A stretch of DNA of 48,017 bases, filler included, from Streblomastix strix (Eukaryota), in assembly GCA_008636045.1 (NCBI GenBank). It is 2 parts of 2 records of this genome, joined end to end, with 100 filler letters (N's around TTAATTAATTAA, not from the genome) between each part and the next. Parts side by side here need not be neighbours in the genome. Positions count along the whole stretch, not along the records: positions 24,088 to 48,017 come from SNRW01000252.1; 1 more part is not named here. The stretch is one strand, 5' to 3'. Position 1 is the first letter of the stretch; every line of letters begins with the position of its first letter. This document shows, one piece after another, positions 42,294 to 48,017 of the stretch. The position numbers and the translations under genes are program-made. Below the pieces are notes generated by a model. That model saw only the letters and a program-made list of their open reading frames with translations, did no database searches and was not told the DNA's origin.

Positions 42294-43474
42294 TAGGGTG
42301 GCTGAAGATTCAGGTTTTTCCAGTCAATTCAGGTCCCACTTGATTTCTATTAGTAGAAAGAATTGTATAATAAAATTATTGAATAATAAAATTGATCAAA
42401 ATATAAGAGGCGACTTTTTACCATTTCATGATTTATTGCCTGTAGCTCTCAGGATCAATCTGGGAATTTTAGATTTTTTTGATATTTTTGCTCCTGTTTT
42501 CAATAAGTACAAGATACAATGTGAATCTGATCAATTATTGAGCAAAATGAGATAGAATTATATAAAAATATTAATATATAATTAACAATATAAGTCAAAC
42601 ATATAAGAAAAAAACCCAATTTCTGGATTAGAAATCAAGTGAATAATTTCATAATGAAGTATTTTCGAAGTTGATATTCAATTAAGATTGAATTTTGAGT
42701 AAAACAAACATTTGAAGAACGAACCGAATAAAAAACCTAAACCATTTCTTATAAAACTGCCTGAGCAATCACGCACCTTGGGGTTACTGACCACTTTGAT
42801 CCTTAATAAATTTAGCTTATTATCATAAATGAATACTTATTTATATTGATACAAACAAAATTGTAAGCTGATTGTCGAGAACAGCAATATATGTTATGCA
42901 ACAATTTGTATGTTATGCCATTCAGTTATTATTTTTTATTTGCCAACAAATTTGTAGTTTCTTGTATTATATCAAAATTTGCTGTGCACGTGCGTCAAAA
43001 ACATGACCAGAAGTTATTTTCATCTCGTTCAGTTGATATTTCATTAATTTTGATAATATATTGTATATAATTGATTTATTTTTGTTAATTAATATATAAA
43101 TTATTGTTTTTGATTATTTATTTAGGATTTCATTTTGACAATTTGACAGAACGGGAGCATAGCATTTGAATTTTGTCTCTTTCCTCCAGTATACGCGGTG
43201 TTTGTTTCGGAGATAATTTAATTTTTTACTCATCAAATAAATTTATAATTTCAATTTTGATCATAACTTTGATCTAGTTGATCCGTATTCTTTCTTTTTC
43301 TTTTATTTTCAATATTGCCATTCATCCAGATCACAACTGATCAATCCCACAAAAGTACCCTCTTGTATTTTTATCTAGTTTATTCACACAAACAATGAAC
43401 TAAAATGGTTGGCTAGATTGCCAGATCAGGCGGGACCTGAATTTTCAGAAGTACCTGAATCTTCAGCCACCCTA
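42294..43474. mobile_element. 1.18-kb non-autonomous DNA transposon with terminal inverted repeats (TAGGG start, hAT-like)
   Basis: Perfect 24-bp IR ATTAGGGTGGCTGAAGATTCAGGT (42292-42315 / 43453-43476) plus a second 12-bp block AATTCAGGTCCC (42326-42337 / 43432-43443). The interior is decayed with no intact ORF, and no 8-bp TSD matches. Confidence 0.7.
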
Positions 43475-43784
43475 ATTTCTGGTCGTTACAGATATTTTTC
43501 TTTTTAATAACTTATAATATTTTTACTAATTATTTAAATTAGTATTTTTTATATTTTAATCGAAATTTTAACTCAAACAAAAAAAATTTTAATTTTTTTT
43601 GTTTAAGACATTTTTATTTTTAAAATGTCGCCTAGCAACCCTGTGTATGTCATACTTAAAAATCAATGTCACACTTTTCCACTCCTATAGATAAATATAT
43701 TTTAATTAGTTTTAGATTTAAATACAAAATATTTCATTATAAAAATTCACATATTATAATTATATATACAATTTAAGTGCTTAC

Positions 43785-44640
43785 CATTCCATTGTCCCAC
43801 AAATACTATATTTCTGGATCATTATCCTTGATATAAACAGTGATTATAGTGCATAACTTTTCCAATTCGAAACTGGAACCTCACTATTTCCACCTAACCG
43901 ATTCATGAATCTAAAGGATTCAATGGGACCAAAAAATTCATCATACAATGGATATGATAATTAACATATAGAGCAAAATTACGAATTAAGAACATTTATT
44001 TATAGTCAAATTGATATTTTATATTTAAAATACATACTATTATATTAATTAGCTTTATATTTTTATATTTTAGATTTTTAAATTTTAATTTATACACTTA
44101 TATTGTTGCCATTTGTATTTAAATAAAGAATAAATTAAATATAAAACTAAATTATTTCGAACATATTATAATTTACCATTCTAAAGAAATGATAAAACCA
44201 TCATCAGTTTTATAATAATTAATCTTTTTTATCTTTTTTTTAATCTAAAAATATAAACATAATCATGTATTTATCAAAATTACTTGATATCAATTAACAA
44301 TAGCAACTTCTGCACTGAAAATAATCAAAATATTTATGTTTTTTGAATATGGCAAATCTTATTTATTTATATAAATAATGTTTTATTAAAATAATAAAAC
44401 TAAAGCTAACTCACCCATCTAATTCTAATGAAAAGCTGAATATTCCTCAAAAAAGTCTATTAAAATTTATTTATCATTAAATTGTTGATCATGCATAATT
44501 CCAACATTCGTCACTTATTTAAATCATTTTATTTGTTTATATTTGTGATTTACTAACGATTTTACTGATTATCTACCAGTATTTTATTAACGTATATATA
44601 TAATTTCCTAATTACAATTTTCTATCTCATTATTCTTTTT
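43785..44640 (-). pseudogene. Decayed multi-exon coding remnant
   Basis: Exon-like pieces ending in good donors (IKDNDPEIQYLWDNGM|gtaagc; YYKTDDGFIISLE|gtaaat; ...|gtgagt), with frameshifts and no recognisable domain. Confidence 0.3.
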
Positions 44641-45018
44641 CTTTGTAAGTAAAAAAAAAATTATATTAAATTTTAATTATATTTTTATATTTAAATACAT
44701 TTCAATCTTTTACTTAGAATTTAGATTTTATTGTTGAATTATTTTTATTAAGTTTTAATTATCTTTTTCTTCAATTTTTAGTTTTATTTATATAAAATAA
44801 AAATTTGAAATAATACTTAAAACAATTGTTTATTTTGTTTATTTATTTAGTTAAATTATATAACTAAAACGCTATTGTTATAGAATTATTGTAATATCAT
44901 TGACCTTGTTCTTTTTCGTCATATTTTTACATTATTGCTATTATTTTTACTTAGTTAAATTAGACCAAGTCTATCTTTTTAATTCTTTATTTTTGACTTT
45001 GGTTTTAGTGCCAATAGG

Positions 45019-46060
45019 ATGGCAACCTGGACATATCCGGATTGTACCGGATTTGGATGAAGATATAAAGTTGAATTCAGAATGATATCATGTATTCAAA
45101 AAAGTTAATCTCGTTTTGATTCAAAATGTAGAAATTAAGATCAATCAACTAAGTTTTATCATGTAAATGCTGCAAATCCATCTATTCTTGAATACTTTAT
45201 GAAAATATTCAAATATCGGGTTCCATTATTATTCTGAACATGAAATAAACTTAAAATTACAACAAGAAATTTATAGTATTTATTGATTGAATCTGAAAAT
45301 CTTTTAAGTTTCAGAAAATTAGATATTAATCCAAAATATGAGTAGCATAACTTTTAAGTATAAGTTCTTATTAATCTTCATAAACTTCAGAAGAAAAAAA
45401 TATAAAAAATAAGACTATAATGACTAATCATCTCGAACTAGCATTTCAAGATCAAGACAAAATTCCAGAAACAGACAAATATCGGACATATCATATTAAC
45501 CAAGATTCAAATCTAGCTCTTCAAGACCAAGATCAAAATCCAGAACCAGATAAAAATAAAAAATATCCATAGGATCAGAATACTCTAAATATCCTGATTC
45601 AAATTTGTATATATAACACAGAATTAAAGAAAGATATGATGTAGAAGAAGAATATTATGATGATTCTTCTGAAAATGAAAGAATAAATGAGATTGACAAT
45701 AGGGAAGATATATCAGAAGAAGAAGAAGATGAGAAAAGAAAGAAAATAAAATAATAAAGATTAATATTTAGAGTAGATAGAAATAAGATAAGAGATTCTT
45801 TGATATAATTAATAAAAAAGCAGATAAAGATTGAAAAGAGATTCAATTAAATTTAAAAAAAGAATAAAAATAAAAGATAGAAAGAAGAAAAATCAGGTGA
45901 AAATGATAATGAAACAGAGAATGAAGAAGATTTAGAACACGACGATGAAAAGAAAGATGATATTAATAATTATAGAAGTAGAAGAAACAGAAGATAAACA
46001 CGAAGATGAAGAAAAAAATATGAAAATAAGAAAGAATAAACAAAAATGATAAGAACTTAA
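45019..46060 (+). pseudogene. Decayed coding remnant with RS-rich and acidic/Lys-rich segments
   Basis: Purine-rich coding-like bias; reads MATWTYPDCTGFG*RYKVEF..., SSRSRQNSRNR...SSSSRPRSKSR and E/D-rich tracts, interrupted by TGA codons and frameshifts. Confidence 0.3.
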
Positions 46061-46831
46061 GATATTTTTATAAAATTTATTGCTGATATTAAGATTGTAA
46101 TCAAATATTGTATATACTAATTTTATATATCTCTGTGTTCATTGAATAAAAAGATTATTAAATCCAAAAATCCTATTTCAGTATTAATTTATATGAAGTT
46201 ATAACTATGTATTTATTATTTTGCTTATTTGTTTGCATTTTTTTACCAATTCATAAATAATTGCAGTGTCTTAGTAGCCAAACAGCTGAATTTTAAAATA
46301 AATCTCGCTCATACCACACAATATGCATATCATAGTAATTCTACAAATTGAATCATAACTGAAAATTTCCAGTTATATTTCATTCTATTTAATACAAATA
46401 ATCACAAATTCAAGACAATATTGCTAATCGGAAATTTATTAATAAATTTGAATATTGCTCATGATTTACCTTATATTACTCTAATTTACATATAAAATAT
46501 ATTATTTGAATATTGATAAAGTAACATCATATATTTCATAAAAGTATTAATATAATCTCTGTTCAGATCAAACTTAATTTCCAAAAAAATTTCAACAAAC
46601 CGAACTTTTTGCCTTATCCATTAATTTAAATTCAAAAATATTGTAAAAATCATTACTAATTACATAAATAATTTTTAAATGTTCATGTTTAACAACATAA
46701 CTGTTTTAATCATTGATTTTTTACTGAATTTATCTTTGTTTTTAAAAAAAAATTATACTATTTTCCTTTAGGGAACGCGAATTTACAACAAAATTCGATT
46801 TAATTCACTAATAAATCAAGAATATCTAGAA

Positions 46832-47181
46832 ATGTCTAAATTTGAAGATTGTTTGCAATGAAATTTGTCCAAATCCTAATTTAATTCATATTTTTTCTTA
46901 CAATATTTTATCAGACGATGTTATTCGTCAATTTTAAGGAGGATCTATGAGCAGTACATTTCTTGTTAAGTTGAGGAAAACTGGAGTTGAATATGTTATG
47001 AAGAGAGTAAAATATTTTGAAGAATAAGACAAGAAACGAGCTGATGAAGAAGTAGAATAGATGAAGAAACTTGATTCACGATTCATTGTTTATTTATTTT
47101 TATGCAATTTATTTTCTATTTTAACTATTATATTTATTTTGAATCTCAATCATTTAGGTAAAACTTATTTGTTGCATTTAC
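46832..47181 (+). pseudogene. Truncated Ser/Thr protein kinase (N-lobe only, NEK/CAMK-like expanded family)
   Basis: Exons 46832-46850, 46915-47087 and 47158-: MSKFEDYDVIRQFQGGSMSSTFLVKLRKTGVEYVMKRVKYFEEQDKKRADEEVEQMKKLDSRFI|VKLIC, covering subdomains I-IV (VMK lysine, helix-C Glu). Kinase similarity then stops abruptly. Confidence 0.8.
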
Positions 47182-47610
47182 CAGAGGTGGGTTATCAAAC
47201 AATTTGATGCTTCGATTCTGTCATCTAGGTTCGACCTTGATAATATATGAAGAATCCATCTAATTGAAATTCGTATCTGCTTTAGATCCCTAGTAATAAC
47301 GTCTGCAATTGTTTATCTCGAACGATTAATGATTTCTGCCAATCGTCTCAAGGATATATGTGAATTTTATTCGATTAATTGAAGAATCTACGTCGCTAGT
47401 CCTCGAAACTATGGACCACCAAATGTTTTTATATAGTAATGAATGTTTCCCGACTCTTGAAACACGCATTCCCATCTGTACAGCGTATCGCGTTCAGGAC
47501 ATATTTCGACGTATGTTATTTTCATTTGTTTCATAATAAGCTTCAAAATATATATTTCTTCGAAAGTAATCTTCAGCTACGGACCTAACTCTAACCCAGT
47601 CGATTCTTTT
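47182..47610. mobile_element. Probable left end of a hAT-like transposon inserted in the kinase gene
   Basis: Begins CAGAGGTGGG exactly where kinase homology ends and is followed by ~430 bp rich in TCGA/TTCG motifs (subterminal-repeat-like). The partner end is not in the window. Confidence 0.4.
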
Positions 47611-48017
47611 TAGACTTATCTTTTCTTTTATTAATGTGTATTTTATAAAATCTAATCATTAAAAAATTTTCATTTTAGTTTATTAAATACAATTTAATTA
47701 TTATTTTTCTTTCATCTTTTATCAATAAAACTGTAGGGATTTCGGATGGACTTAATTACCTCCTTGTATCCAATTAATTACTACATGTTTTAATCTTAAA
47801 TATGGAAAGAAGAAATTGTCAGATCGGTTGATTATCAACAACAAAATAACCGTGAAGGTAATTAATTGAACAACTCAGAATTGATAGGATTAGGATTCTC
47901 AGCATTTTATTTTATTTTATCAATTTTGTAATTATAAATTTCATAAATATTAAGATAATGTGTGCAATTTTCAACAAATTCCAAATTTAAAGCATCAATC
48001 TACCTAAATAAATCATC

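Noticed and set aside
42298..42555. 85-aa ORF starting inside the left TIR as a transposase
   Set aside because: GTG start within the repeat and no DDE, BED-finger or dimerisation motifs.
47737..47857. Exon-like piece beginning DFGW as the kinase activation segment
   Set aside because: No preceding HRD/K-x-x-N, and the following residues lack GT..Y.APE, so it is probably coincidental or part of the inserted element.

Overview
AT-rich, intron-containing eukaryotic DNA that only translates sensibly with TAA/TAG = Gln and TGA as the sole stop (ciliate-type code, table 6). The supplied standard-code ORF track is therefore mostly fragments or wrong-frame artefacts. The code, the ~60-330 bp introns and the ARM-repeat gene families fit an oxymonad such as Streblomastix (inference). 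The window is two contigs joined by an artificial N/TTAATTAATTAA/N linker (23988-24087). Left contig: a ~4,490-aa Ser/Gln-rich helical-repeat gene with a 10.4-kb exon (659-14869, -), decayed gene fragments, a ~15-exon ARM/coiled-coil gene plus the 3' end of its tandem paralog, and a 193-bp inverted-repeat element. Right contig: two paralogous ARM-repeat genes sharing a conserved 3' tail, a SET-MYND (SMYD) gene with a frame break and no proper 3' end, prefoldin subunit 3, an intronless HECT E3 ligase with a ~270-aa insertion just before the catalytic Cys, a candidate structured RNA, a secreted bacterial/phage-type GH19 hydrolase fused to 11-mer helical repeats, a 1.18-kb TIR element, decayed coding remnants and a kinase pseudogene cut by a probable hAT-like transposon end. 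All translations were done by hand; no database searches were run.
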